Source of the DNA: Basidiobolus meristosporus CBS 931.73
Lineage: Eukaryota > Fungi > Basidiobolomycota
NCBI GenBank assembly: GCA_002104905.1
Contig: MCFE01000127.1
Coordinates: forward strand, 1 to 64,000
Direction of reading: 5' to 3'
DNA: 64,000 bases
Part shown: positions 1-12,397 of the stretch, piece by piece
Position numbering within the stretch: position 1 is the first letter of the stretch
Layout: each line of letters opens with the position of its first letter
Notes under the pieces: model-generated
What the model was told of the DNA's origin: nothing
What the model saw: the letters and a program-made list of their open reading frames with translations, nothing else
Database searches by the model: none
Program-made: the position numbers and the translations under genes

Positions 1-1209
1 GCACACGCTTCAGAGCAAAACCACCAGAACACACCAAACTGCTCAAAAAGACACAAGTCAACTGGAGCAGGCCAAGTTGCATCAACAAGTGGCATCACAT
101 CAATCTCAGCCAAGGGCCATACCAGTACATCGAGTTGCGTCTGCGCATGCCATAACACCTGATCATCAACAAGTTTATTCTGGTTAACTGGTTGAAGATG
201 ACACACATGAAGTGCTTCCACCACCAGAGCCTTTGGCAAGTAAAAGAACACGTCAGCATGTAGCACTGCAGGCCAGCGCAGTTGCATCATCTGGAGTAAT
301 TCAGCGCAACCAAGCTGCAGCATGGCACTCATCAACTAGGAGGCATAATATTGACTACAAATACACAAGTAGCCAAGAGGATAGTCAACAAGAAAGTAGT
401 TTAGGTGTGCAAAGTGAATCACTACCAAATGCTTCAGTAGTAATTGCTCTGAGAAAAAAGCCTAGGAGAAGATGATGTGATTGCATTGAACTGCTTTTAT
501 TTGTAATGATCCAAACAACACATTTTTTTTGCAATCCACATCAAGCCATTGCAAATCACTGATCACTAAATTTTTGATATAAGCAATATCAAGGCTCTCT
601 TACATTTGAGACATGACCCCTATAAATAAAAACCCTGCATATGTATACATTATCTGTGGCACCAGTGCAGCCATTTGATCTGATTGGCACCCATACAATT
701 GCTCCTGTGCTAGCCATGACACCTTGTCTATATCACTAGAATCAGGGATTTACTTGCTTAATGGGCAAAATGGGATATTTGAAGGCAAATCAGGTAGCTT
801 GTGTATTGGTCAAAGAGCCAATTGGGGGCTGAAAGCTCCAGGATACTTTTGACCAATTAACCACTGAGATACCATCCAACTGGAGTGATGGTAACCAAAA
901 TGATAAGTATCAGTGTAATCTATAGTGTGATATGCATTTATTTCCATTTACATTAAAGAAACACATCCAAATACCAGATTTTACCTACCCTATTTGCGGT
1001 ATTCAATTGCGCATGTTGTGGTAGGGTAAACATGCCTCCCACAGACAAGTTTACTCATATAGTCATTATGATATACTAATCCATATTTTATCTCATCAGT
1101 ATTATCCCATTCTTCTTTTGCCTGTATTATCAGTATTATCACCATATGATGTTTACCCTGATTAGTTATTAGCATTAGTTATCCCAGATGTTATTCAGCT
1201 TTGTGATCA

Positions 1210-1600
1210 GTAGACGTATCTATATAAGGCAAGTACCCGCATCAGTACCTGTGACACATGACCTAGGTCTGTGTTACCATCCCTACCATTTCAATACCAT
1301 ATATGATATTTCTATGTTGCACAGATTTCAGACTACTGATTTCTGATTGGTTGAAAGTGCTGTGCCTTTTAGAACCTTCCAGGACATTCTTGGCATATTT
1401 GTAGCTCATAGTGATGTCATCAAGAATTCCACAGATGCCTAGAACCTTCTAGAACCTTGTCATTAGTAATCACTTGGCAACCAGGAAAAGTATTTAAGGG
1501 AAAGCAATCCCTCATCAATAAATCATCCCTTCTATCAGTAACACTTCTACCTTATTGATTAGCAGTTGATCACTGCACCTGCCTTCAACAGTACATCTCA
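1210..1600 (+). repeat. Dispersed ~400-bp LTR-like repeat, copy 1
   Basis: Aligns by eye to the reverse complement of ~7700-8100 (shared ACCATCCCTACCATTT, TAGAACCTTC, GGAAAAGTAT..AAGGG..CAATCCCTCA.CAATAAATCATC). TATA-like and AATAAA motifs occur in LTR order. TG...CA ends could not be fixed. Confidence 0.55.
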
Positions 1601-2026
1601 GACCTGCCATCAAGGAGCTTTTCAGGGTAGTGCACAAGACACACAGAGGCCTTTGGAGACACTTGGAGCACCTGGGAAGCTAGAAAAGCAGGAGCTTTTA
1701 CAATAATGACATATTGACAAAGACACCAGCAGTTTAGACACAGAGGTTATTGCACCCATCAGAAACCTCACACACCTTGAGTTGTGTAGCTTCTCCCAGG
1801 AGTACCTCTACACTACCACAATGTGATGCAAACATTTCAAGTGGACGCAATCATTTGTGCCAACCTCATTGTGTCATATTGTGCCATAGTGTGCAAGATT
1901 GTCTCACATGGTGCAAAATTTTCCAAGAGCAATCCTGCCTAGAGGTAGCTACAATATTGCACCCAATTATTCTTAAAGACTGCGGATTATGCCACACACC
2001 CTGGCACAGTACAATGGAACAAGTCT

Positions 2027-4299
2027 TATTTATTTGATGACAAATATTACAAACAGCTATGAAGCAAGGGCTACTTTGAGGGTTTGTATGACCATGCCTT
2101 TGCTTTAGCACTTAATGGATTTTAATTAAATAAGTACTCTACCAGCAAATTCTGCGGACCACTGATTCTCATCAATCTGAATCTGCTGCCCATCTTACAG
2201 TATCAGAGCAATAATTGGATGGTTGTCTCACTGGTATCTGGGCCTATATCACCGTCCAACCTGGATAGCTACCTGTATCCATTGCTGGATGAATTATGTA
2301 TGCTTTCCAGCAGGATAATGGTAACTGGCCATCATGTAAAAGCACATATTATTATCTGCATTGGAGATACCCCAGCCATCAGCAAGATAGCAGGTTTTCC
2401 CAGGCACAATGGACAGTATTGCTGTTAAATGTGTGAGATTCAGGGGATTTATTCCATAACTTACACACATTATTATTACCCAAACACCAGCACTAAGAAC
2501 ATCCTCTTTCACAGAGAGAACAAACAGAAGCAAGCATACGTTGCCGCAAAGTTGGCAAGCTAAAAGCTATTGGCCAGAATGTGGAATCAATTGGAAACCA
2601 GAGATACTGAAGATAGAGGGTATCTGTTGGAGTAAAAGCTTTTCACTGGGAGCAATGCATTTGCTTTTCAACAATATCCCTATACTGATGACCAAGTTGT
2701 ACATGGGGCATTTCAAGCTAAATGAGCCCTTTGAGATACAGCAGAAATTTAAAGAATTGGCAAGCTATTGCAGAGTATCTGCCATCCAAAGTACTTCTCA
2801 CGGGCGCCAATCAATACTATACACATATGCAACAATACGAATCCAAAGACTGGATGAACTAGATATGTAATTACTCAAGTGGTGTTTTGAAGCCATTCCT
2901 ACCAAGAGAACATTGAAAGCATTGGGAGTCATATGTGGACATTGTAGGAGTATTTATCCAGAAGCAGATCACCAATACTAGCTTGGTGCATCTACAGCTG
3001 TTGCGTGAGGGGTTTGTAATGGGATTTGAGCAGCTATACTACAAATGCAAAGCTGAATGCTACTGTATCCATTCTCTACTCCATCTTGCATGGTGTGTGG
3101 AGAATATCAGGCTGTGCTTCACCTTCTGGGAGTTTCCTATGGAGCAGATGTGTGTGGAGATAGGAAGATGAGACACATTGCAGGTACTACCTTATACCAA
3201 TCTCATCAAGAATATTACCTTCAAGTCCATCATGGATATGATGAGTTGGCACATGGGGGATGGCCAGAAAGAGTTGGGAAATACTGACAACAGTTGTGTA
3301 CAAGAAGACACCTATGCCTATGGTATTAAGAAGCTAAGTAGCCCCAATGAGTGGGTAATCAGTTAAATAATGCAAAATTTGGTTGGGGGCAACAAGCAAT
3401 TAATTTTTATCAGGAAAACTATACCAAAATATGCCGGATTTCTCATGGTCACAAGCCAACTTCTACACCATTCAATATGGAACTCACATAAACAAAAGCC
3501 AGAGTGCACCTACAAGGGGAACTAGAATCCAGCAGGGAGAAGAAATATATTGGTTCAATACCAAGAAGTTCTTTGGGCATATTCAGGAGGTATTCATGGC
3601 AGAAGTGGCAACAACAAAGCATATGTTTGCAATATGTATATGTTACCAGCAGTACAAGGTATATGGCAACTTTGCAAGTATCACACTAAAAAGCTGAATA
3701 GTTGAGGTGATAGAAGTATGTCAATTGTGGCAGGTGTACACATTTGTAGAGGTTAGAAGCAAGAGGCCATAGTTTTTTTGATTCAAACAATATGTGGAAT
3801 ACCCAAGGTAGTAGTGGGTAAACAAATAAAGAGGGGTGATTCTACAGTGGACTATATGAATTGCACAAGGGGAGGTAGAAAAAGGAGATACCATATGGTA
3901 AGTTGGCATGGTAGCACTATACAGAACCAGCAGTAGGCTATCATATTGCTAATATATTGCCATCAGAGTCCTGCTGTGAGGCCATCAAAATACCATCAAG
4001 TTTCTTGCCATATGAGGCAATTGGATGTCATGGCTAACTGTATCCACTTAAAATAGTTACAGAGTGCTAAAAGACCGCAATAACACCATGCAAACATTGT
4101 CACAGCACCAATGAGATATTGTCAAGTTTTATCTCTTTATTTGGTTGTAAATGTAGCAAAGCACTGTCACAACCATGTCATAAGATTGCTTGGAGGGTCA
4201 CTAATTCCAAGCTGCTGCTATTACAACTGTCTCCAAGTGAGATCTTAATGGCTGATCCGGATTGAATCCACTTGTGGGACCAAATTATTTTTCATTGGG
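2027..4299 (+). mobile_element. CACTA/EnSpm-like element, decayed Tnp2-type transposase (3' two-thirds) plus transposase-side terminus
   Basis: Broken frames give LILINLNLLP, MVVSLVSGPISPSNLDSYLYPLLDEL, HIIICIGDTPAISKIAGF and IHSLLHLAWCV...WEFPMEQMC (Transposase_21/DUF4218-like). Ends ...GTGGGACCAAATTATTTTTCATTGGG, the reverse complement of the terminus at 6925. Confidence 0.8.
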
Positions 4300-4304
4300 G
4301 CTTA

Positions 4305-6560
4305 TATTTGCCACAAAAAAATACAACAAAGTTGCCTGGCTCCCAAGCAAACCTCACCATTGATAGCAGCGGAAGAATAGATGAATAACAGCTTACTTTG
4401 ACTTTTGGTGCAACAAGCTGGGCTACATCTAAAAAAAGCCATGTTGACAGAGTGCCCAATGAAGTTAATACTGCAGACCACTCAGGCTTGCAGTCATGTA
4501 GCCATTTGAGAACCCTGCAGAGCAGCTAGCTGACTGTTATGCTCAGGCAGATGAGAATGCACCAAATGCAGTACCCTCAGTTGAAGACCAGCAAGTGGCC
4601 ATTTTAGCATTGTCACCACCCATATTAAGAAGTATTGAGTCAGCTCATACCAAAGCATTAATGAAGCAGTCAGGTGTGGTGGCTGATAGGATAGATGCAA
4701 TGGCCCAAAGAAATCTGTAGATAGTCTAGAAACAGGATGAGTGGATAGTATGTGTAGAGCAATTAATATCCCAGGCAGAGAAAGTAGTATCTCTGCTGCA
4801 AAGAAGGAACTCAAGTAGCTCAAAGTCACAGCTAAGAACTGAGACATTTCCCAATGTAACAGCAGAGGAACACCATATAGTCTATGAAGCACAACAATAG
4901 TGCCTAAAGATAAAGCCCACAGAAAAACCCATCCCAGCATGAGAGGGAGACAATGTGGTGATTATACCAAAGCCTCAGATTCAAAAGACATTGAAGATCT
5001 GTGAAGCTGTTGAGCATAATGATGAAGATTGGGTTAATACTTACAAGGCTGTCAGAAGTCTAGCATGCCATCATCTTAAGGCCAGTATACCATGGGACCA
5101 TCAGGACCTCAAGGCTAAGCCAAATGTGCTTTACTTGTTCCATGAGCATACCCTGTATTCAAACAGGCAAATGGACTTTAAGCCAGCATTGGTACGCTGA
5201 AAGAGTATCTTAAGCATAGTAGAAACTGATGCATCAGAGCAGAATTTGTAAAGGAGAAAACATAGCTCATTATAAGACGCACTCAGACAAAGTAGCTGTG
5301 AAAGACCAGGCAGTGATAAAGACACAGGCAAAGGGGAAAATGTCTACCCAAGCCTGAGACAGGGAAGCATACTAGAGAAACTGCAGCTCTTGCCAATTAA
5401 TGCTGCAAGCCAAGAAACACTAAGTCCCATCATAGCCCAGAAGAATTATCAACAAGAAAACAGCTGTTTTCAAAAGAGTTGGAAGCACAGGCAGCTGAGC
5501 TACACTCCAGCAGGGTAGATGAGTTTGCAGAGAAATACAATTTGTCTACAACAGCTTCCACATCCTGCAGATGAGGTGCCAGACCTTGCAGTGGTAGCTG
5601 ATGATCAGAATGTGTGGGAACCAGTGAATAAGCAGTGGCATAAAGCCATTGGGTTCCTGCCAGAGTCATGGAAACAGAACATCACAGCACAAATACTTAC
5701 TGAGTGGTGGAATTTAATGGAGTTACTTGTTGAATGTGGTGTTGTGCTTATTAGACTTGTTCCATTGGATAGTGCCACATTGAGCCATGAGTGCCAAATG
5801 ATGCCATAGTGTGCCAGATAGGCCAAGTGAGCCTAAATTTGGCCACAGAGTGTGAAACATGGATCTGCATCTTAATGCAAAGCAGCCCCTTTGTTTCATA
5901 TATGATGCAGGAGAATATCCATTTTTTGACATTTTTTTTTGTGGATCAATGTTATGCAGGATGTGTAAGAGCACAGAAGAACTGAAGACATGCATCAGGT
6001 ACTCTATACCCATGGCACTCTGAATCTAGCTCCTGTGGCTTGTAACATGTCACAACAATGCATGGCACTATCTTGGTCCACTGGTAATATCTGGCACTAC
6101 ATTTAATTATCAGCCCTAAAGTAAGATCTATATAAAGCACTTATAGTGCCAGATTTTACCAGTGGACCAAGATAGTGCCATGCATTGTTGTGACATGTTA
6201 CAAGCCACAGGAGCTAGATTCAGAGTGCCATGGGTATTGAGTACCAAATGCATATTTTCAATCCTTTTGTGCTCTTACACATCCTGCACAACATTGACCT
6301 AAAAAAAAGGTCAAAAAATGGATTTTCTCCAGCACAATTGGTGAAACACAGGGGCTGCTTTGCATGAAGAAGCAGATCTATGTATCACACTCTGTGGCCA
6401 AGTATAGGCTCACTTAGCCTCCCTGGCACACTATGGCATCATTTGGCACTCATGGCTCAATATGGCACCATCCAACGGAACAAGTCTATTGTTAATGTGC
6501 ACTATAGAGACTTATATAGGTCAATAATATTGGCAATTGAAATTGCAATAGAAGAAGTCT
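4305..6560 (+). pseudogene. Accessory ORF-X of the CACTA-like element, decayed copy interrupted by a foldback element
   Basis: Homologous to 9995-12066, 17398-19524 and 25043-25962 (IPKP..QKTLKI.EAV..N.E.W...AVRSLA.HLKA.IPWDHQ; WEPVNKQWHKAIGFLP..W...WWNLMELLVECG). Many stops and frameshifts. Confidence 0.75.
5753..6487. mobile_element. Foldback/MITE-like element, 735 bp, ~345-bp inverted arms and ~44-bp spacer, ATT target duplication
   Basis: Starts AGACTTGTTCC and ends GGAACAAGTCT. Arm 5753-6099 is the reverse complement of 6144-6487. ATT at 5750-5752 and 6488-6490. The host ORF-X sequence resumes after it. Confidence 0.9.
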
Positions 6561-6569
6561 ATATTATCT

Positions 6570-6924
6570 ACTCAACCTGTGTCTGGACACCTTCCTGATT
6601 TGTCTGGGTCATTGCATTTATCCTATCAGCCACTGCACAAAATTGCCTCATTGATGCTTTGGTAAGAGCTGACAACATACCTGCTAACACTGATAATGGT
6701 GATACTATAAGAGTCATTTGCTGGACTTTGACTGGATTTACTGTACTTGTTTCATTTGTATCTGCCTTAGTAATAAGTCTCACTTGCCTACTTGGCCAAG
6801 AGCCTGAGAAGTTTGCATTATTACCTTCAGTGAGCACACCATCAACACAGCCTTTTTTGGAAGTAGCCCAACTTGTAGCACTGAGTGTCAGGGCAAGCTG
6901 TTGTACTGCTATTTTTCAGCCATT
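6570..6924 (-). mobile_element. Fragment of a divergent CACTA-like copy (ORF-X 5' region), host of the 6925-12397 insertion
   Basis: Reverse complement matches the ORF-X 5' region (TEGNNANFSGSW, DRINAMTQTNQE). Collinear sequence resumes at 12398. Confidence 0.7.
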
Positions 6925-7699
6925 CCCTATGAAAAACAATTTGGTCCCACAGGTGGATCCAATCCAGATCAGCCATCATGATCCTGTTTAGAGACTGTCA
7001 TAATAACAGCAGCTTGGAATCAATGACCCTCCTGACAATCTTATGACAAGATCATGACAGTATTTTGATAATTTTGCAACCAAATAAAGGGATAAAACTT
7101 GACAATATTTCATTGGTGCTGTGACAATATTTGCATATAATTGCTGCGGTCTTTCAGCGCTCTATAACTATTTTAAGTGGATCCAGTTGGCCAGGACATC
7201 TAATTGCATTACATGGCAAGAAGCTTGGTGTGATGGTGTATAAGTCCAAGGGCGAGATACATCCAACACTTCTCAAGTGTTTAGTGTGTGTTTACTGGGT
7301 GCAATAACATCTGGCAAAAGCTTGTTAGGAATACTTGTGTTCTGTCTCTAATCTAATGTGACAGGGAATAAAGCCACATGCTTGTCAAGGGAAAACTATT
7401 GAGCTACAATCCCCAACTTAGTTGGCAACTTAACAAAAGTATGTGCTGGGCTCAGCATCCATGGAGATGATGATGTACTAAAGCTTCCAAAGTCAAAACA
7501 ACTGTAATCTCCACCAGCAGGCACTTGATAAGAATGCAGCTGTGGTCAATAGTTACAAAGACAGAAAAGTAACTTTACCTGTACAAAAACAAACTTGGGG
7601 AATAATCTCATATAATAAAAGATACCTACTCTGAGTATTCCTCACAAGTTGTGCCTCCAAGGTGAGTTAGCTGTCAGCATGGTTTCCTGGGAGTGTCCA

Positions 7700-8100
7700 G
7701 TGGTCTTGGGCTGGAAGTTCAGGTAGCAGCAGGTAGCAGTGATCACACTAATCAACCAGTTGGTATACTGATAAAAGGGTTGATGATTTATTGTTGAGGG
7801 ATTGTCTCCCTTATATACTTTTCTTACAGGCTAGGTGACTACTAATCATGGTGTTCCAGAAGATTCCAGATACCAACAGATATCTTAATGACATTGGAAT
7901 GACCTAAGAATGTTCTAAGTTGGTGCCAGAAGGTTCTAAGAGGCACAACACATCAAAGCAAGTGGGAATTGGTACTCTGAAACCTGTGTAACATAGGGAT
8001 ACCATATATGTGATGGAAATGGTAGGGATGGTTACATGGGTTGTTCATGAGTCACAGGTACTGGTGCATATACTTGCCTAATATAGAAGCACTTACAGTC
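7700..8100 (-). repeat. Dispersed ~400-bp LTR-like repeat, copy 2
   Basis: Reverse complement of ~1210-1600. Sits between CACTA subterminal DNA and a gypsy-type PPT/LTR. Confidence 0.55.
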
Positions 8101-8159
8101 AGTAATCTTACACTTATATACATACAGGCCAAAGCCAAAAAGCTTGAGGAGAGCCCCTC

Positions 8160-8700
8160 AAAAGAGGGGAATAGTGTCATGATCACATGACATCCCTGGT
8201 CTCCAATTATCTAGCCAAATCAAGTCAGTGAAGAAATCCCAGTTCCATCTAGAAAGTTTTACTGCATTCTAGCCACTTCTTGAAAGCTCCAAGTCAGTGT
8301 TACACAATGGAACATTCTATGGAAGCTTCCCACTAGAGCTTATGTAGTCCCATGCCATATGTGGTAGCTACATGTCACATGACCTAGTCACATGATCAGC
8401 TGACCCCTGATGTATCTCCATGTGATATTCCAGTCTGTTCTTTAGTATATTCTATCTTGGCACACTACTGTGCCTCACCCCAGAACCCCATCAGTATTAG
8501 CCAATATCTCTTGCAATCCATATTGGCAAAAAGTATATATAGTCCTATCCCCCCTTATGTATTTCTCAGTCTGATAAACACAGGTCTTGAATAATTAGCC
8601 TTGCCTTTGAAACCCACCTTGCCTTGTTGATCCACACTTAAGTCCTTTCCTGGTCCTGCCTTGCCAAGCCCTACTTCCTGCCTTGTGTCTATTCATAACA
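8160..8700 (+). mobile_element. Ty3/gypsy-type 3' LTR with polypurine tract
   Basis: PPT AAAAGAGGGGAATAG is immediately followed by TGTCATGA (8175), and the segment ends TCATAACA (8700), giving TG...CA with short inverted ends. Internal TATATATA. CACTA transposase sequence begins abruptly at 8701. Confidence 0.7.
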
Positions 8701-9994
8701 ATTTAGGCCCAGATACCAGTGAGATAACCATCCTATTATTACTCTGATACTGTAAGGTAGGCGGCAGATTCAGATTGATGAGAATCAGTGGCCAGCAGGA
8801 TTTGCTGGTAGAGTACTTGTTTAATGAGAATCTATCAAGAGCTAAAGCAAAGGCATGGTCATACAAACCTTCATAGTAGCCCTTGCTTCTTAGCTGTTTG
8901 TAATGTTTGTCATCAAATATATTGGATATTTTTGCACTTGATAGGTACTGGGTGCGGTACTTTATAGCTTTGCAATATTTGTTGGACAACATCAGCTTCT
9001 TCAGTGGGGGTATGACAGGAATATTGCCGGAGTTTGAACAATGCTATCCCTCAATGGTGGTGGATTCCTGACAATTTGGACATGTTGCAATGGTAGCATT
9101 ATTGGATGTGAATGCCATGCAACTGTTACCACCTGCTGGAATCAAGACCATCTCTGGATTATATGTTGACAGCTGCATGATGATTGTCCACTGGTACCAT
9201 GTATATGGTAAGTTGCATCCTGGTATCATTTTGGCAAGATGTAGTAATAAATCCTCAAAGCCCCCATTACTGATATTAGTGGAATGCACCACTTCTCTAG
9301 CCACAACATTACATCATTCACTTGGATCCATAGAGTATCCTTGGCATTTGCTTCAACAGGTGTTGTCTCATTGAATATAGGGATTTGACCATGCTCATGC
9401 ATGGTACTGTTGTTAGAGGAGATAGTCTCAAAATCCAGCAGTGAACCTTCTATGTCAGAGCTATGACTCTGCATGCCATATTCAGAAGGCTGAGGTGAGC
9501 CTAAAGGCATCCCAAACTCACCTGACTCAGTTTGCGCAAGGAGACAAAGATGGCTAGGTACCAATATAGAAGTAAAACTGGCCAGCAAGATAAAGTTGGT
9601 ACAGTAGTGACCAATGAATGGTCAATTATAACTTGGGTGGCAAAACACTGGCTGTGATCCTTGTAATACTTCCTATGCTGTCTGCATGCTTCATGACTGA
9701 GAGGCTTGCTACAATAACAATATGGTCTTTTTCTCTTCTCTTACAGTGTTGAGTCAAAGTAGTCTTGTCTATGGGGCTAATAGTTTGACCTTCAACAATG
9801 TAACGCTATTATATCACTTTTTGGCCAATACTCATGTGAACTTAAGACAGTCTTGTATTTGAGACATTGCACCCACAGGAATGTAAGAATCTATGATGAC
9901 CTGCCATAGTAAGCATTATAAATAAATCTGTGGCACCACATACACATGTATATGTAACACTATTTCCCCTTTGGTTTGACTCACTTCCATATAT

Positions 9995-12066
9995 ATGCCA
10001 CCAAAAAATAAGGTAATGTCATCTGGTTTTCCACTAGACCCCAAAGCTAATGGCAACAGAAGAATAGTTGGATAACAGCTTGCTTTGACATTCAGTGCAA
10101 CAAGCAGGGCTACATCCAAAAAAACCCCTGTGGACAGTGTGCCCATTGAAGGTAACAATGCGGACTCCTCAGGCTCTTGGTCAAATAGGCAATTTGGAAC
10201 CTCTGCAGAGCCATAAGCTGATTGTTATGCTCAGGCCAATGGAAATGTAGCAAACACAGTACCTTCAGTTGAAGATCAGCAAGTGGCCATGACAACATCA
10301 CCACCACCCATATTAGCAAGTATGTTGTCAGCTTATACCAAAGCATTAATGCAGCAATTTGGTGCAGTGGCTGATTGGATAGATGCAATGGCCCAGAGAA
10401 ATCAGGAAATAGTCCAGAAACAGGATGAGCGGATAATACACATAGGGCAATCAATATACCAGGTAGAGAAAGCAGTATCTTTGCAGCAAAGAAGTAACTC
10501 AAGTAGCTCAATGTCACAGGCAAGAATTGAGCCATTTCCTGGTGTAACAGCAGAGAAACACCATGCAGTCTTTGAAGCACAACAACAGTGCCCAAAGAAA
10601 AAGCCGGCAGGAAAACCTACTAAAGCATGAGAGGGAGACAACGTGGTGTTTATACCAAAGCCCAAAAATAAATGACATTGAAGATTGGTGAAGCTGTTGA
10701 GTGCAATATTGAAGTATGGGCTAATATACAAGAGGCTGGCAGAAGTCTAGCACACCATCAGCATAAGGCTGGCATACTATGGGACCATCAGGAACTCAAG
10801 GACAAGCAGAAAGCACTTGACTTGTTCCATCAGCATTATCCTGGATTTAAATGCGCAAACAAGCTTTGGGCCAGCAATGGTATGCTAAGAAAGTATCTTA
10901 GGGATAGCAGAAACAATCAAAGGCAGAAGAACAAGGGTGCCATGGCTAAATACCAGCAGTTTCCCCAAGTGCCTGTTACAAGCAGGGCTGAAAGCTCCAG
11001 ACAAGTGTCAAAGAGATGCCAGGCAGCTGGAAGAGTGGCAAACAGGGACTAGCAGGCAGATACAGAGGCACCAGTACAACATTTATCAAGGAAAAAGCAT
11101 AGTACCATGTAAGAAGCACCCAGTCAAATTAGCAGTGAAGGACCTGGCAGTGATGAAAACCATCCACTTTTGCAGGAGCCTGTCACAACTACAGTTGAGA
11201 GCTCAAAACAAGTGGAAAAGAAATATTAGGTTGCCAGAAGAGTGCCAGCAAGGGACAAGCAGCCCAAACAGATGCATCAGAGCAGAACCCATCCAGGAGA
11301 TAATGTAGTTCTTTACAAGCACTCAAACAAAGTAGCAGTGAAAGACCTGAGAGTGATAAAGGAAAGGGAAAGGGGAAAATATCTATCCAAGCCTAAGCCA
11401 GGGAGGCATGCAAAAAAACTGCAGTTCCTGCCAACTAACACCACAAGCCAGAAACAGACTGAATCCCATCATAGCCAAGAAAAATTACCAACAAGAAAAT
11501 AACTGTTTTTACAAGAGTTGGAAGTGCAGCCAGTTGAGCTACAATCCAGCAAGCTAGATGAGTTTGCTGAAAATGACAACCTGTCTACCACAGCCTCCAC
11601 AGCCTCCAAATACTCCATTGTTGAAAGAGTAGAGATCCCACTAACAGACAAGGCTACAATGTCAAGAGCTTGAAAGACTATCACAGTGCCTTCAGTGGAG
11701 TTTTGGAACATTAATAGGCACACCAAGAGGTTGCAGCACTTATTCAAGAATAGTGCTTAAGAGAATGCACTGGAATATAGCAAGGATTTATTGCAACAAA
11801 TGACTAATGAGGAGCTAGACCTTGCAGTGCCAGTTGAAGACCAGGATGTGTGGGAACCAATGAATGAACAGTGGCATGAAGCCATTGGGTTCCTCCCTGA
11901 GTTGTGGAACCTGAGCATTACAGAGGAAATTCTTATTGAGTGGTGGAACTTAATGGAGTTACTTGTTGAGTGTGGGGTTGGGCTTAATGTTTGTGTAGGG
12001 TATAGAGACTTGGATAGGTCAGTACAATTGGCAATTGAGGTACAACTGAAGTTTCAATGGAAATAA
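9995..12066 (+). pseudogene. Accessory ORF-X, most complete copy (~2 kb, frameshifted)
   Basis: ATG at 9995 (MPPKNK). Coiled-coil-like WIDAMAQRNQEIVQKQDERI, conserved IPKP/IPWDHQ/WASNGMLRKYL block, low-complexity middle, Trp-rich C-terminus ending QLKFQWK-stop. Confidence 0.75.
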
Positions 12067-12397
12067 ATCAATTTGTACGCCTGAAAAATGAGAGAAACAG
12101 TTGAGTCAGGTAGTAAGGAGTGTGAAAAAGAGGCAATAGCATATCAATTCAAAAAAACATAGGAGTCAATAGAGTCTCTGGGATCAGAAGGTGAGTAAAT
12201 TGGCAGGAAACCAATCAAAAGTCACTTATGCATTGTTGTGATGAGAAATTTGGACCAAGTTTTTTGTGAAATCTGGGGTGCAGCTATTTTTCAACAGTCT
12301 CTGGACAGTGTCCCAACAAGATCAGTACCTCTTAGTCACAGGACTTTAGCTTTGTGATGGTCTTTTGACAAGATCATCGCAGTCATTTTCCATAGGG

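Larger units (their letters stand above)
6925..12397. mobile_element. CACTA/EnSpm-like element with both termini, internally deleted and carrying LTR insertions
   Basis: Left end CCCTATGAAAAA (6925), right end TTTTCCATAGGG (12397), CATT on both flanks. Contains Tnp2 remnant on - (8700-9870; AFALALDRFS, SCWPLILINLNLPP) and ORF-X on + (9995-12066). Confidence 0.85.

Noticed and set aside
1-530. Coding-like stretch ending ...ALRKKPRRR-stop (ORF 212-475)
   Set aside because: Probably the 3' end of a gene or TE ORF starting before the window; no diagnostic motif, so no call was made.
618-630. CCCTATAAAT as the missing terminus of the 2027-4299 CACTA copy
   Set aside because: Downstream sequence does not resemble either subterminal region, and the flanks do not match those at 4299.
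640-990. Possible retroelement pol remnant
   Set aside because: No frame gave a convincing RT, RNase H or integrase motif.
5753-6487. Tc1/mariner MITE with a TA target duplication
   Set aside because: Comparison of three insertions and the empty site shows the ends are AGAC...GTCT with 3-bp ANT duplications; the TA parse fails at 17880-18089.
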